Origin: Isurus oxyrinchus
Taxonomy: Eukaryota
Length of the DNA stretch: 64,000 nt
Direction: 5' to 3'
Assembly: GCA_026770705.1 (NCBI GenBank)
Contig: JANJGN010000019.1
Span: 39,370,001-39,434,000, forward strand
Within the stretch, counting starts at the first letter, position 1, and each line of letters starts with the position of its first letter. Below are positions 1 through 14,480 of this stretch, piece by piece. A program made the translations under genes and the position numbers. The notes below the pieces were generated by a model. That model worked only from the letters and a program-made list of their open reading frames with translations. It was not told the DNA's origin and searched no databases.

Positions 1-1334
1 ATCTTTGTTGTGAGTTATTAGCTGTTTTCTTAAACATCTGCCATTATTCATCAACCATTTTTTCTGCTAAACTCCTTTCCCAGTCCACTCCAGCCAACTC
101 TGCCCTCATTCCTTTGTAATTACCCTTTTTTAAGTTTAGCACAATTGTTTCCGACCCAAGTTTGTCACACTCAAACTGAATACTAACTTCTACCTTGCTA
201 TGGTCACTGTTTTCTAGGGGATCTTTTACTCTGAGATCATTATTAAACCTGCCTCATTACACATTATCAGATTCAAAATAGCCTGATCTCTTATTGGATC
301 CACAACATATTGTTCTAGGAAACTGTCCCGAAAACACTATGAATTCTTGCTCATGGCTACCTCTGTCAATTTGATTTTCCCGATCTACATGAAGATTAAA
401 GTCACCCATGATTAATGTACTGCCTTTCTTACATGCCCTCATTATCTTCTGATTTATTCTCTGTCCCACAGCATAGCTACTGTTAGGGGGCCTCCAGACC
501 ACTCCCACTAGTGTCTTCTTCCCCTTGTTGTTTCTTACCTCCACCCAAAGATGGATTCTACATCTTCTGATCCAAGGTCCTTTCTTGCTATCATACTTAT
601 TCCATCTCATACTAACCAAACTACCCCACCACCCCTTCCTTCCTGCCTATCCTTTCAAAAAGTCACATATCCTTGAATATTTAGTTCCCAGCTTTGATCT
701 CCTTGTAACCATGTCTCTGTAATCGCTGTAAGATTATACCCATTAACCTCTATTTGTGCCGTTAATTCGTTTATTTTTTTCCAAATACTATGTGCATTTA
801 AGTAAAGGGCCAATAATATTGCCTTTTTATCATCTTTCCCCCCTTTGACCCTGTTTGCTGTTTTTTTTTAATATTTGTACACTCTGTCCCTTCCTGTCAC
901 ACTCTGGTTATCATTGCTTAAATAGCTGCCCTGCAATGCTGCCATATCCTTTTGCTTTATAAGCCTATGTATGCCCTCTCCACAACTCTCCCCCCCACCT
1001 CTATTTACTTTAAAGCACTCTCTACAGCCCTAGTTATTCAATTTGCTAGGACACTGGTCCCAGCATAGTTCAAGTGAAGCCCATCCCACAGGAACAGCTC
1101 CCTTCTACCCCAGTACTGGTGCCAGTGCTCCATGAGCTGAAACCCATTCCTCCCACACCAATCTTTGAGTCATGCATTTAACTCCTTGACTTTATGTACC
1201 CTATGCTAGTTTGCCCGTAGCTCAGGTAGTAATCCTGAGATTATTACCTTGGAGGTTCTGCTTTTCAGTTTAGCTCCTAGCTGTTCAAAATCATTCAGCA
1301 GAACCTCCTTTCAAGTCCTATCAATGTCGTTGGT
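1..1334 (-). mobile_element. CR1 LINE relic (ORF1 esterase end and ORF2 endonuclease)
   Basis: LWVEVRNNKGKKTLVGVVWRPPNS...MGDFN APE-endonuclease motifs, frameshifted. Confidence 0.85.
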
Positions 1335-1484
1335 ACCAACAACATTGATGGGACCTGATAGGAGGTTCTACTGAATGAATTTGAACAGTTAGGAGCTAAA
1401 TTAAAAAGCAGAACTTCCAAGGTAATAATCTCAGCATTGCTACCTAAACCATGGGCAAACTGGCATAGGATAAATAAAGCCAAG
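1185..1484. repeat. Spacer-less ~300-bp imperfect palindrome of CR1 ORF1 sequence
   Basis: Arms mirror around GTTGGTACCAAC (centre 1334/1335), e.g. cttgactttatgtaccctatg vs cataggataaataaagccaag. Confidence 0.85.
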
Positions 1485-3540
1485 CTACTACTGAATCCAT
1501 TTCCATCACCTTATCAGGCACTTTATTTTAAATCCTAACTGTTGCGTAGAAATGATTTTCCTTCATCGCCTCTGGTCCTTTAGTCTGTGCCCTCTGGTTA
1601 TCGACCTTCCTGCCACAGCAAGGACACAGATGGTTTATACATCAGTGTGCACAAAACCAACAGTCACCGGTTGATGCAGGCACCGGATGTCAAAAACGTC
1701 CTATTCAATAGGATCCCTCAACTCAACTGAGTGGAATAACTCAGCCCCTAAAAGAATTGAAAATAAAATATTGACAAAAATGGTGCTCACACAATCAAAC
1801 TGGCTAATCAATTTGCTTGGCAGGTCACATGGAAACAGCTGACACATGAAGTGCAATGTCACCAAGCAAGCTGGGACTTACTCTTTCTTTGTGGAATATT
1901 GAAGATAAAACAGCTCTACCTACTGATGTTTGAGAACCACACTTCATTTCACATCAACCCTTAAACACAGGCCAGTGAGCAGTGTTGATGTAGATTTGAT
2001 TCCTACTGAATTTCGATTTAAATTACAACTTTCTTGTTTAAAAAAAAGTGAATAGATGCTTAATAATATTAAAATGACTCAGACCAAGTTTTTTTTAGTA
2101 TGTTCTCAGCATGTGGGTGGGGCTGACAAGGCTGCATTATGTTACTCAGCCCTAGTTGCTTACTCTCGAACCACTGCAGTCCTTGCAGTGATGATGCTTC
2201 CACAGTGCTGTTGGGTAGGAATGTAAATGAATGCTACTTTAGATACAAGATCAAAACTTGCATTTCACAAATAACTAGTGTATTAATAACATAGCTGCAT
2301 TATCTTTGAATCCAAAAAAACCCATGAAAACAGAATCCTCTATGAAACCCCGAGCTATTTCACTCCTAAAACAGTACACAGCCACTATCAACATCTATGC
2401 ACCTGGAAAAACTCAAGTACCTCTTGATCACACAAATATCCCACAAATTAACAGAAACAAAGAACTTGCACTTATACAGCACTTTACAAATGCAAGAAGT
2501 ACTGGCGTACAATGTTCAGCAGACAGCTTAAAAGGATTGTGCATTTTTTTAGTTTCATAAGGGATAAACGCTCAAAATGTCATAAGCCACTTTTTTCTCC
2601 ACAGATACTGCTTAACTCTGTTGACATTACATTGTTTCAGTTTCAGGTTTCCAGCATTTGCTGCTTTCCTTTCAATTTTACTGCATTCATATAGCAAAGG
2701 TGCTGTTAGCAGTTTATTATACTTTGCTGCCACCGTCAGGGCAGAATGCACACAAGAGGCAGAAACTTTTGCTCTGAGGCTCTAAGCATGAGTCAGGATG
2801 ATTTCCTAGTCCTGACCCCACTCTGCCTGTCAGGGTGCCCAAATGGGAGATTGTCCCAGAGGCAGCCTCAGGCTCCATCGCCTAGTTATGGACAGCGGGC
2901 AAGTCTTTGAGGCTGAAGGCTCAATCACAGGATCCACAGCCTTGGAGGCATAGTAGCCACACTGCCAGGGTGGATGCCATCACTATTGGAGGGGGAACGC
3001 TAGGGTGCCTGCAGCTTGAGGTATTAAATCCAATTAAATGAATGGTGGCCATAGCTGCTTGGCCTCCCTTTTGAAGGGAAACTGATGGCCATGGCTCTGG
3101 TGGGAGGAGGGATGAGTGTAGAGCCCTTGCTGCCCCCACCACCACCCCCCAGCCCGCCTCAGGTCAGCCACAGGCAAGCCCCTCATTGTGACGTCCACCC
3201 ACCATCAGGAGGAAGCGAGTGGTATGTCTAATCAGTATACACATTGGCACTTAATTATGCAGATTGGTGACCCATCACTGCCAGGCGGGTAGCCTCTTGC
3301 AGGTGCTGATCCAGCTCCAGGAAGATTAACCCAATACGTATTTCTTAGACTTTATTCCCAGTCCCCCTTTGAAAACCTTCCCCATGGAACTGAGAAGAAT
3401 CCAGCCAAGAAAGGAAGAACTTAATATTACTTTCTTCAATACTGGGAGCATTTATAGTGTGAAACCAAAAGTTGGGAGAATGGTTTGCGCACTCCCCTTG
3501 AGGGACATAGTGATATTGATCAATACTGGTGTCAAACAGT

Positions 3541-4945
3541 TAGAAACATAGAAAATAGAAGCAAAAGTAGGTCATTCGGCCCTTCAAGCCTGCTCCACCA
3601 TTCAATATAATCGTAGCTGATCCTCTATCTCAAAACCATACTCCTGCTCTCTCCCCATAGTCGTTGACGCCTTTCGAGGCCAGAAATCTATCTATTTCCT
3701 TCTTGCATATATCCAGTGGCTTGGCCTCCACAGCCCTCTGTGGTAAAGAATTCCATAGGTTCACCATCCTCTGAGTGAAGAAGTTTCTCCTCATCTCAGT
3801 CCTAAATGGTCTACCCCGTATCCTGAGACTGTGGCCCTTTGTTCTAGAACCCTCCACAGCCAGGGGAAACATCATCCTTGCATCCAGTCTGTCCAGCCCT
3901 GGCAGAATTTTATACGTTTCAATGAGAACCCCACTCATTCTTCTAAACTCCAGTGAATACAGGACTAGTTGGCCCAATCTCTCCTCATACGACAAGCCTG
4001 CCATCCCTGGAATCAGTCTGGATAGCCTTTGCTGCACTCCCTCTATGGCAAGTATATCTTTTCTTAGGCAAGGAGACCAAAACTGCACACAATACTCCAA
4101 GTGTGGTCTCACCAAGGCCCTGTACAGCTGCAGTAAGACATTCTTGCTCCTCTACTCAAGTCTTCTTGCAATGAAGGCCAACATACCATTTGTCTTCTTA
4201 GGTGCTTGCTGCACCTGCATATTTGCTTTCAGTGATTGGTGTACAAGGACACCCAGTTCTCTTTGTACATCATCAACATTTCCCAATCTATCACCATTTA
4301 AGTAATACTCTGCCGGTCTGTTTTTCCTACCAAAGTGGATAACTTCACACTTATCCACGTTATACTGCATCTGCCATATATTTACCCACTCACTCAACTT
4401 CTCCAAGTTGCCTTAAAGCCTCTGAACATCCGCCTCATTACTCAAATTCCCACCAAGTTTTGTGTCATCAGCAAACTTGGAATTACATGTGGTTCCCTCA
4501 TTCAAACTATAAATATAATATAATTGTGAATAGCTGGAGCCCAAGCACTGATCTCTGCGGTGCCCCACTATTTCTACTCTGTTTACTGTCAACTAAGCAA
4601 TTCTTAATCCATGTCAATATATTACCCCCAATCCCATGTGCTTTAATTTTACACACTAACCTCTTATGTCGGACTTTATCAAAAGTTTACTGAAAATCCA
4701 AATACACCACATCCACTGGTTTTCCCTTATCTATTCTGCTAGTTACATCCTCAAAAAACTCCAACAGGTTTGTCAAACATGATTTCCCTTTGATAAATCC
4801 ATGTTGATTTTGTCTAATCCCATTGATATTTTCTAAATGTCCTGTTATCACGTCCTTTATAATAGGCTCTAACATTTTCCCTACCACTGATGTTAGGTTA
4901 ATCGATCTGTAATTCTCTGTTTTTTCCTCCCTCCTTTTGTGAAAC
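3541..4945 (-). mobile_element. CR1 LINE 3' fragment (reverse transcriptase C-terminus and 3' tail)
   Basis: NYRSINLTSVVGK, QHGFIKGKSCLTNLLEFF, VRPHLEYCVQFWSP, RRNFFTQRMVNLWNSLP. Confidence 0.92.
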
Positions 4946-5789
4946 ATCTACTACAAACCTGTGCTAGTTCTCAATATTAGCACACATTTTTATTAGCTTG
5001 CCTTCAAAATAACTTTTTCACATTTACCCTGTAAAACATATCATGTCCCAAGATTCACATCAAGCAGCACAATATAAAAGTCCCACAGTCACCCTAACAT
5101 AAAGAATGCCACAAACTGAAAAATTAATACTGTAAGTGAGATAAACAGATTCCATCAGATGAGCCTCAGGACTCAAGGCTCTAAGAAATCATAAAAACTA
5201 CATCCACCTAGAAATGGGATAGCATTCAACAATCAGAGATATTAAAGCTAAAAGTTCTGATCAGATTCCTTTTTTAAAAAAGTCCTAGTTTTAAAAAGGA
5301 ATTAACAAAAATGCCCATGGCATTTTTTAAGTACAATTTGGTGACAAGAGTTCATAGAAACAATTTACAAATTAGTGCACAGAGAGAGCCATCTCGAGGC
5401 CAGAATCTGCAACTACAGTGTGACAGGTAACTAAATTTGAATAGGAAACACGACTGAGCAATTTACAACAGTATATGTTGACAGAGAAGTATGGACAGGA
5501 AGTGCACATCTGATGCAAGACTTTTAACAATAGATACAGATGTTGTTATCTGGAAGAGAGCAGCAAAGTATCAAATACATTTACCTCTTTATACATCTAG
5601 CAGGGATTTCTCTCAACACAAGCAAATCAATATGTATAATTTTGCAAGAATTTGTCCATAAAACATAGGGTGACAACTCAGAAATATGCAGTGCAATCAA
5701 CTATATCCTCGTTGCACTTGTTCTCAGTTAACTCACCAACATCTCCTTTAAAAAAAAGCACAAAAACCCCTGGTGTCTAAGGCAGTGAA

Positions 5790-8030
5790 TCGCAGAAATG
5801 TTACGGTGTAGAAGGAGGCCATTTGGCTCACCGCGTCTGCACCGGCTCTCTGAGCATTTTAACTTAGTGCCAATCTACTGCCCGTAACCCTGTACATTGT
5901 TTCTACTTAAATAATCATCCAATGCCCTTTTGAATGGCTCAATTGAACCTACCTCCACCGCACTTCCAGGCAGTGCATTCCAAGCCCTAACTATTCGCTG
6001 TGTGAAATTTTTTTTTTTCATCTCGCATTTGCTTCTTTTACAAAACACTTTAAAAACTGCGCCCTCTGGTTCTCGATCCGTTTATAAGCAGGAACAGTCT
6101 CTCCCTATCTACTCTGTCCAGACCTCTCATAATTTTGAAAACTTCTATCAAGTCTCTTCTTAGCTTTCTCCTCTCCAAGGAAAACACTCCCAACTTCTCT
6201 ATCTTTCCTCATAACTGAAGTGTCTCATTCCTGAAGCCATTCTTGTAAACTTCTTCTGCTCTCCCTCCAATGTGTTCACATCCTTCCTATAATGTGGTGC
6301 CCAGAACTGTACATAATACTCCACCGGAGGTCTAACCAGTGCCTTATATAAGCTCACCTTAACCTCCCTGCTCTTATACTCTATGCCTCTATTAATGAAG
6401 CCTAGAATACTGTATAATTTAGAAACAGCTCTTTCTACCTGTCCTGCCGCCTTTAATGACTTATGTACATATACATACAGGTCGCTCAGCTCCTGCACAA
6501 CCTTTAGAATAGTATCCATTATTTTATGCTGTCTCTCCATGTTCTTTGTACCAAAGTGTATCACCTCACACTTCTCCGCATTGAACTTCATCCACCACCT
6601 ATCCGCCCACTCCACTGCCCACTGTCAATGTCCTTCTGAAGTTCTACGCTGTCCTACTCACAGTTGATAATTCTCCCAATTTTGTGTCATCTGCTAACTT
6701 TGAAATTGTCCTCTGCACACCAAGATCTAGATTATTTATATATATCAGGAGAAGCAAGGGTCCCAGTACCAACCCCTGGGGAACTCCACTACAAACCTTC
6801 TTCCAGCCCAAAAAATACCCATTAATCATTACTCTCTGTTTCCTATCCCTCAGCCAAATATGTATCCACATTGCTCCTGTCCCTTTTATTCCACGATCTA
6901 TAACTTTCCTCAAGTCTGTTATGTGGCCTTTTGGAAGTCCATATATACCACATCAACGGCTTGCTCTCATCAACCATCTCTGTTACCTCTTCAAAAACTC
7001 CAGCAAGTTAGTTAGGCACAATTTTCCTTTAGCAAATCCATGCTGACTTTTCTGAATCATTCCACGTTTTTCCATGTGACTATTAATTCTATCCTGAATA
7101 ATTGTTTCTAGAAGTTTCCCCACCACCAAAGTTAAACAAAAACAGAATTACCTGGAAAAACTCAGCAGGTCTGGCAGCATGAGGATTCAAAACATCAACT
7201 CTTTTTTCTTCTCCGCCGATGCTGCCAGACCTGCTGAGTTTTTCCAGGTAATTCTGTTTTTGTTTTGGATTTCCAGCATCCGCAGTTTTTTGATTTTACC
7301 AAAGTTAAACTGACTGGTTTGTAATTGCAAGGCAGATCTTTACAACATCTTTTTGAACAAGGGTGTAATGTTTGCAATTCTCCAGTCCTTCGGCACCTCC
7401 CCTGAATCCAGGGAACATTGAAAAATTATTGCTAGTGCCTCTGCAATTTCCACTCTCACTTCCTTCAATATTCTTGGATGCATCTCATCGGCTCCCGGTG
7501 CCTTATCAACTTTCAGTACTGACAGCTTATCTAATATCTCCTCCTTATCAATTTTAAACCCTTCCAGCGACTGAGTTTCTTCCTCTGTCACCATGGCCTG
7601 GGCAGCATCTGCCTCCTGGGTAAAGACAGTTACGAAGTGTTCATTTAACACCTCAGCTATGCCTTTTGCCTCTACGTGTAAACTCCCTTTTTGGTCCCTA
7701 ATCGGCCCTACTCCTCCTTTTCCCACCCTATTACTATTGATATGCTAATTGGATACTTTGGAACTTCCTTTTATGTTAGCTGCCAGTGTTTTCTTAATCC
7801 CTCTTTGCTCCTCACATTTGCTCTTTCACATTCCTTCTGAACCTCCTATATTCAGCTTGGTTCTCAATTCGCTGACACCTGTCGCAGGCACACTTTTTCT
7901 TCTTTAACTTAATTTCTATCTCCTTTGTCATCCACGAAACTCTGGGTTTGTTTGTCCTACCCTTCCATTTTGAGGGAACACACCTTTACTGTGCCCAAAC
8001 CATCTCCTCTTTGAAGGTAGCTCAATGTTT
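5790..8030 (-). mobile_element. CR1 LINE fragment, interrupted by a Penelope-like insertion
   Basis: KAPGADEMHPRILKE, SGVPQGLVLGPLL, KLADDTKL, ALVRPPVEYYVQFWAP. Confidence 0.92.
7138..7297. mobile_element. Penelope-like family A, short fold-back insertion with 13-bp TSD
   Basis: ACCAAAGTTAAAC at 7125-7137 and 7298-7310; inverted arms aacagaattacctggaaaaactcagcaggtctggcagcat / atgctgccagacctgctgagtttttccaggtaattctgtt. Confidence 0.8.
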
Positions 8031-8559
8031 CCAGGTTCAATCACCAATCCTTGCTGAGTTATCCAATCCCAACCAGAGCAACAAGTGGCAGCAAAACAAT
8101 TGGCCCCTGTTCTTTTAAACTAGAGGAAATGAGGTTAGTCTGATAATTATTCAGTGATCCCGACAAGTACATGGACATTGGGCAAGGTCAAACTGAACTG
8201 AGTCATGATGCCCCTAAAACCATGCTGACACAAGAATCACACATGAAGAATGACACATGATGAGTTACCACAAAGTGATTGGTGCTCATGATTTTACACC
8301 CAGCAATTAGGGAGAAGGATGACAGGGAACAACTGGCAGAAAAAAAACTCAGCTCTAAACACTCTAAATTGTGCCAGCTTTTGTCACAGAGATCCCTAGA
8401 ACTCATCCTGAAGAGGCCATTTACATTTCACCAAGTGAATTAATAGTAAATGGTTCTCAAGCTAACTGCAGTTCTAGAGAACTCTTTATACTGGTTATTT
8501 TAAATCAAAATCCTTTTGATGTTCAGGGATTACATTATTTCAAACAGGCCCCAGTTAGT

Positions 8560-9290
8560 AATTTAAGGAGGTGACAAATACGGTGGATGGGGAAATGCAA
8601 TGTGGTGCAGACAGCCCTTGACAAGGTACCACACAGGAAACTATTGGAGAAAATTAAAGGGTGTGAAATTAGAATAGTAGCTTGAATTAAGAACTGGTTA
8701 CAAGGGAGGAAAGCAAGAACAGGAGTAAAAGGTGTTTCTCAGAGAGTTTGCAAGTGGGTAGTGATGTCTGTTCTGGGCCAACTCTGTTTACTGTAATATT
8801 CGATTCTGTGGATATAGGGTTAGAGGGACCGTTGCCAAATTTTAGACTACGTTAAATTAGGAAGCATCATTGTTAGGAACAAAGGAAGTTGCAAGGATAT
8901 ATTTATGAGATACTAGATTAGGCAAAAAAAGTGGCAGATTGAATTTAATGTGTAAGAGATTTGATGTGTAGGAGAATAAGAGATTTGACATTATGTTTTA
9001 AAAAGTTATAATTAACTGTGGGAAAGCTGGGTGATATCAAAGAACTGAGGGAGTTGAGTTTCAGGTTCACGAGAAATTAAAAGAAGCACCTCAAGTAGAT
9101 AAAGCCATACAAACGTGAATTGAATATTTAGTTTTTTGGCACGAGGCATAGAATATAAATGTCAAGAAATAACATTGAACCTGACAAACCCTTAGTAAAA
9201 CAGCAGTATGGAGTACTGAGAGCAGGTTTGGACTCCACATTTGACAGGAAAGATGTTTCTGCAATAGAGATCATACAGAGAGACTACTTG
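8560..9290 (+). mobile_element. Old degenerate CR1 reverse-transcriptase fragment
   Basis: Decayed similarity to the CR1 reverse-transcriptase region seen in younger copies. Confidence 0.6.
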
Positions 9291-9993
9291 ATGTGAGAAA
9301 GAACTTGTATTTGTTTAACAACTTTCATGACCTCAGGACATTCCAAAATGATTCAACGCAAAATGAAGTTGCATAGAATAATAGAGGGATTGCAGCAAAG
9401 AAGGCCATTTGGCCCATTGTGTCAGTACCAGCTCTTTGAAAGAGCAACTCAGTTAGTCTCACTCCTCTCAACTTTCCATGTAGCTCAGCATTTCTTTCTT
9501 TACAGGTGCTTATCTAATTCCCTTTTGAAAGCCCCAATTGTATCTGCCTTCACCACACTTTCAAGAAGGGCATTCCAGATCCTGCGCATTCATCACATGC
9601 AATGTTTTTCTACGTGTGGCATATATGTTAACATACAAGTTTGGTAATCGCAAGACACCGGTAACCACCTTGAATTTCATCTTTTATATAATGACTCAAT
9701 TTTGAAATAAGATTTTAAATAAGAAGTTGCAGATAGAACAGAATTTGTTCAGTAGTTTTAAATTTAGCATCAAGTATTATGAACATACTGACCCATCCTC
9801 CCAACATAGGGAAAAATCAACCAAAGATTAAAGACACGGTAATATACCACAGAATACTGACTCCCATAAACATTGGAGAACTCAAGGTATTTGTGAAATT
9901 AAGGTTCCAAAAGGTTCCAAAAACACAAGATACAATACAAGACATAAGCCATCACTCCCATTGCGCAATTGAAAAAGGTGTCCAGCTTATATT

Positions 9994-10160
9994 AAATAAA
10001 AACAGAAAATGCTGGAAAAGCTCAGCAGGTCTGACAGCATCTGTGGAGAGAAAAACAGAGTTAATGTTTCAAGCCTGTACCCGTCTTCAGACCTGCTCAG
10101 TTTTTCCAGCATTTTTTGTTTTTATTTCAGATGTCCAGCGCCTGCAGTATTTTGCTTTTT
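9994..10160. mobile_element. Penelope-like family A, fold-back fragment
   Basis: aaaaacagaaaatgctggaaaagctcagcaggtctg ... cagacctgctcagtttttccagcattttttgtttttattt; no clear TSD. Confidence 0.7.
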
Positions 10161-10559
10161 CTCACAGTCTGTATCAACTGCACAGTATTAAAAACCTTCA
10201 AATCATGTAGCATTGCTTCATTATCATTTCAGCCATTTCCTCTGCTAGCATTGAGTTATGCATTAGATTATTCTTCCCATAAGGAATAAAAATCAAGCGT
10301 ACAGAAATCACTTAATGTGGTGTATATTTACCATTTGCTTTCTTTCCTGAATTCTATAAAATGTCCCAGAATAAGCTTAACTTAAATAGAATTGAGTTTG
10401 AATTGTTTTCAAGTAATGAGACAAATTAATGTCACAATCTGATGCACCTATAATTATATGGTCTAAATTAGGGCTTGAGAATATAACCCGGAGCAGTTTA
10501 AAATCTGTACCTAGCCACATCAACATGGCTGACAGTTCTATTTCTTTACATCATTAGAT

Positions 10560-11665
10560 TTCACAGAATCACAGAATTATTACGGCACAGAAGGAGGCCA
10601 TTCAGCCCATCATGTCTGCACTGGCTTTCTAAATGAGCATTATGACTTAGTGACATTCTCCTACTTTTTCCCCCGTACCCTTGAACATTGTTTTTATTCA
10701 AATGATCATCTATTGCCCTCTTGAATGCCTCAATTGAACCTTCCTCCACCACTCCTCCAGGCAATGCATTCCAGACTGGAACCACTTGACGAGCGGGAAC
10801 AGTTTTTCCCTATCTACTCTATTCAGATTTTGAACACCTCAATCAAATCACTTCTTAGTCTTCTCCTCTCCATGGAGAACAGTCCCAACCTCTCCAATCT
10901 ATCTTCATAACTCAAGTTCCTCATCCCTGGAACCATTCTTGTAATCCTCTTCTGCACTCTCTCCAATGCATTCACATCCTTTCTACAGTGTGGCGTCCAG
11001 AACTGTACACAATACTCCAGCTGAGGTCTTATATAAGCTTATCATAACCTCCCTGCTCTTGCTCTCTATGCCCCTATTTATAGAGCCAAGGATATTACAT
11101 GCTTTATTCACTGCTCTCTCCACCTGTCCTGCCACATTCAATGATCTATGCACCCAGGCCTCTCTGCTTCTGCACACTCTTAAGAATTGTACCCCTTATT
11201 TTATATTGTCTCTCCATGTCCTTCCTACCAAAATGAATCACCTCACACTTCTCTACAACAACTTGTCTATGTTGTTCTGAAGTTCCACGCTGTCCTCCTC
11301 ACAACTTACAATGCTTCCAAGTTTTCTATCATCTGCAAACTTTGAAATTGTCCCCTGCACACCAAGATCTAGATCATTAATATATATCAGGAAAAGCAAA
11401 GGTCCCTATATCAACCCCTGGGGAACTCCAATACAAAACTTCCTCCAGCCTCAAAAATATCCATTGACCACTATCCTCTATTTCCTATTACTCAGCTAAT
11501 TTTGTATCCACATTGTTCCTGTCCCTTTTATCCCAAAAGCCATAATTTTTCCCACAAGTCTGTTGTGTGGAACTGTATTGAATGCCTTTTGAAAGTCCAT
11601 GTACACCACATCAACAGCATTACCCTCACCAACCCTCTCTGTTACCTCTTCAAAAAAAACTCCAG
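10560..11665 (-). mobile_element. CR1 LINE 3' fragment
   Basis: Similar to the 5790-7050 copy; VWNALP, NILGSINRGIE. Confidence 0.9.
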
Positions 11666-11929
11666 GTTTCTGTAATTAGAGTCAGATATGTATTTTCTCT
11701 ATTGATTAATAGATCATGATTCAAAGTCATAGTGTTACCACAACTCCTGTGTGTATTCTGGGAAAACATTTTCAACTATTGTGATGGGGGTCTTTCTTTA
11801 AGTCGTGTAATTAACAGATTTGTTTTAAAACAGCATTGCACCACTACAATGCACAAAAAAGTCTGTTACAACCATTGCATGGGTGAACAAACACAAGATA
11901 ATTAAACTGTAATGTAATAGAGAGAGAGA

Positions 11930-14480
11930 GAGAAAACAGAGAGTAATAACTCAGTTTAACTTGACATCAGTCATTGGGAAAAAGCTAGAATTTACTGTTA
12001 GGGATGTGGTGACAGAGCATTTGGAAACTGTGCTTGGGCAGTGTCAACACAATTTTAGAAAGGGAAACCATGCTTGACAAATGTATTACAGTTTTTTGAG
12101 AGTGTAACTAGTAGGGTGGATAAGGGTGAAACCAGTGGATGTAGTACATTTGGATTTTCAAAAAAGATTCAATAAAGTTGTAACTGGTTATTACAAAAGA
12201 TTAGGACTTATGGGGTGGATAATATATTAGAATGGATGGAGGATGTGTGAACTGACAAAAATTAGGTTAGGAATAAGAGAGTTATTTTTGGCTTGGTAGG
12301 CTGTAACTAATGGGGTGTTGCAAGGATCAGAGCCTGAGCCTCAGATATTTACAATCTATATCAATGACTTAGATAACAGGAACAAGTATAATGTACCCAG
12401 GTGTGCAGATGATACAAGGTTGACTGGGGTAGTAAACTGTATGGAGGATGCAAAAAGGGAAACCTGTATGTGCTTAGGTTAAATGAAAGGGCAAGAACAT
12501 GGCAAATGGAATATAATGGGGAAATGTGAAGTTATCCACTTTGGTAGGAAAAATAGAAAAACAGAATATTTTCTGAATGGTGAGAGACTAGGAAATATTG
12601 GTATTCAGAGACCTATGTACCTTTAGCAACATAGAAACAGGAGTAGGCCATTCAGCCTCTTGAGCATGCTCCAGCATCTAACTAGATCATGGCTGATCAT
12701 CTACCTCAATGCCAGATTCCCACCTATCCCCCTATCCCTTGGCATTATTGGTATCTAGAAATCTATCGGCCTCTCTTTGAATATACTCAATGACTGATCC
12801 TTCACAATCCTCTGGGGTAGAGAATTCCAAAGGTTCGCCACCCGCCGAGTGAAGAAATACCTCCTCCTTTCAGTCCTCAATGGTCTACCTCTTATTCTGA
12901 GACTGTGCCCTCTGGTTCTAGACACCCAACCAGGAGAAACATCCTTCCAGCATCTAACTTGTCCAGCGCTGTAGGAATTTTGTGCACTGCAATGAGGTCT
13001 CATTCTTCTAAATTCTGGAGAATACAGGCCCAGTTTCCTCAATCTCTCCTCATAGGGCAATCCTACCATCCCAGGGATTAGTCTGGTATGCCTTTGTTGC
13101 ACTCCCTCTCTGGCATGTACATCCTTTTGTAGATAAGGAGACCAGAAACGCATACAATACTCCAGGTGTGGTCTCACCAAGGCTCTATACAATTGCAAAT
13201 GCCTTTACACCTGGAATGTGATAAATCCATTTCATTGTTTTTGGACTAATATTGCAAGTAGCTTCATTTTTGAAATTCCAAAGCAGTTGCATGTCAAAAG
13301 AATGTGAGATATGAATGTAAGAACATAAGAAATAAGAGCATGAGCAGGCCATTCATCTGCTTGAGCCTGCTCCATCTTTCAGTCAGATCATGGCTGATAT
13401 TCTACCTCTCCTACACTTTCCTATCCAATCCCTATATCCCCAGATTCCCTTCCTATCTAAAAACTTGTCGATCTTTGATTTGAATATACTCAACACCTGT
13501 TGAGCATTCACAGCTCTCCAGGGTAGAGAATTCCAAAGATTCACAGCCTTTGAAGAAATCTCGATCCTAAGTGACCAATTCCCAATTCTGTAAGTACTAG
13601 TTCTAGATGTACTCCTGTACTCAAATCCCCTTGCAATATAGACTAACACACCATCTTTCTAATTGCTTGTGGCACCTTCACGTTAGCTTTCAACGACTTA
13701 TTAACAAGAACACCCAGATCTCTTCGGACATCAACACTTCCCAATCTCTCCCCATTTAATAAATAATCTGCATTTCTGTTTTCCCTACCAAAGTGGATAA
13801 CTTCATATTTTTCCACATTATATTCCATCTGCCATATTCACAAAGTAAACATGTAGGAACAGCAAGCAATTAAGAAAGGTGTTACAAAGGAATTGGATTA
13901 CAAGAGAAAAGAAGCCCTACTGGCTTGTAAAGGGCCTACACTTTAGAGTACTCTGTTCAGCTTTAGTCTTCTTACCTAAGGAAGGATATAATTGCCTTAG
14001 ACAGAGTGCAATGATGGTTCATTAGACTGATTCCTGGGATGACAGTATTGTCCTATGAGGAGAGATCGAGCAGACCAGTTCTATATTGCCCAGCATTTAG
14101 AAGAATGAGAGTGGATCTCATTGAAACATGAAATTCTTGAGGGGCTTGATGCTGGAAGGATGTTTCCCAGCTGGGGTCTCTAGAACTAGAGCTCACAGAC
14201 TCAGAATTAGGAATTGGTCACGTAGGATCGACATTTCTTCAATCAAAGGCTGTGAATCTTTGGAATTCTCTACCCTGGAGAGCTGTGAATACTCAACAGG
14301 TGTTGAGTACATTCAAATCAAAGATCGACAATTTTTTAGATAGGAAGGGAATCTGGGGATATAGGGATAGGACAAGAAAGTGTAGGAGAGGTAGAATATC
14401 AGCCATGATCTGACAGAAAGATGGAGCAGGCTCAGGCAATGCTCAATGGCCTGCTCATGCTCTTATTTCTTATGTTCTTA
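11930..14480. mobile_element. Cluster of CR1 fragments: + strand 11930-12620 and 13840-14480, - strand 12630-13840
   Basis: LYRALVRPHLEYC (-); reverse-transcriptase and 3'-tail similarity on +. Confidence 0.85.

Noticed and set aside
1876-2004. Candidate WDR25 exon 3 (- strand AG...GTAAGT)
   Set aside because: Stops in all three frames and no similarity to the expected VW(N/D)... WD sequence. The next exon probably lies outside the window.
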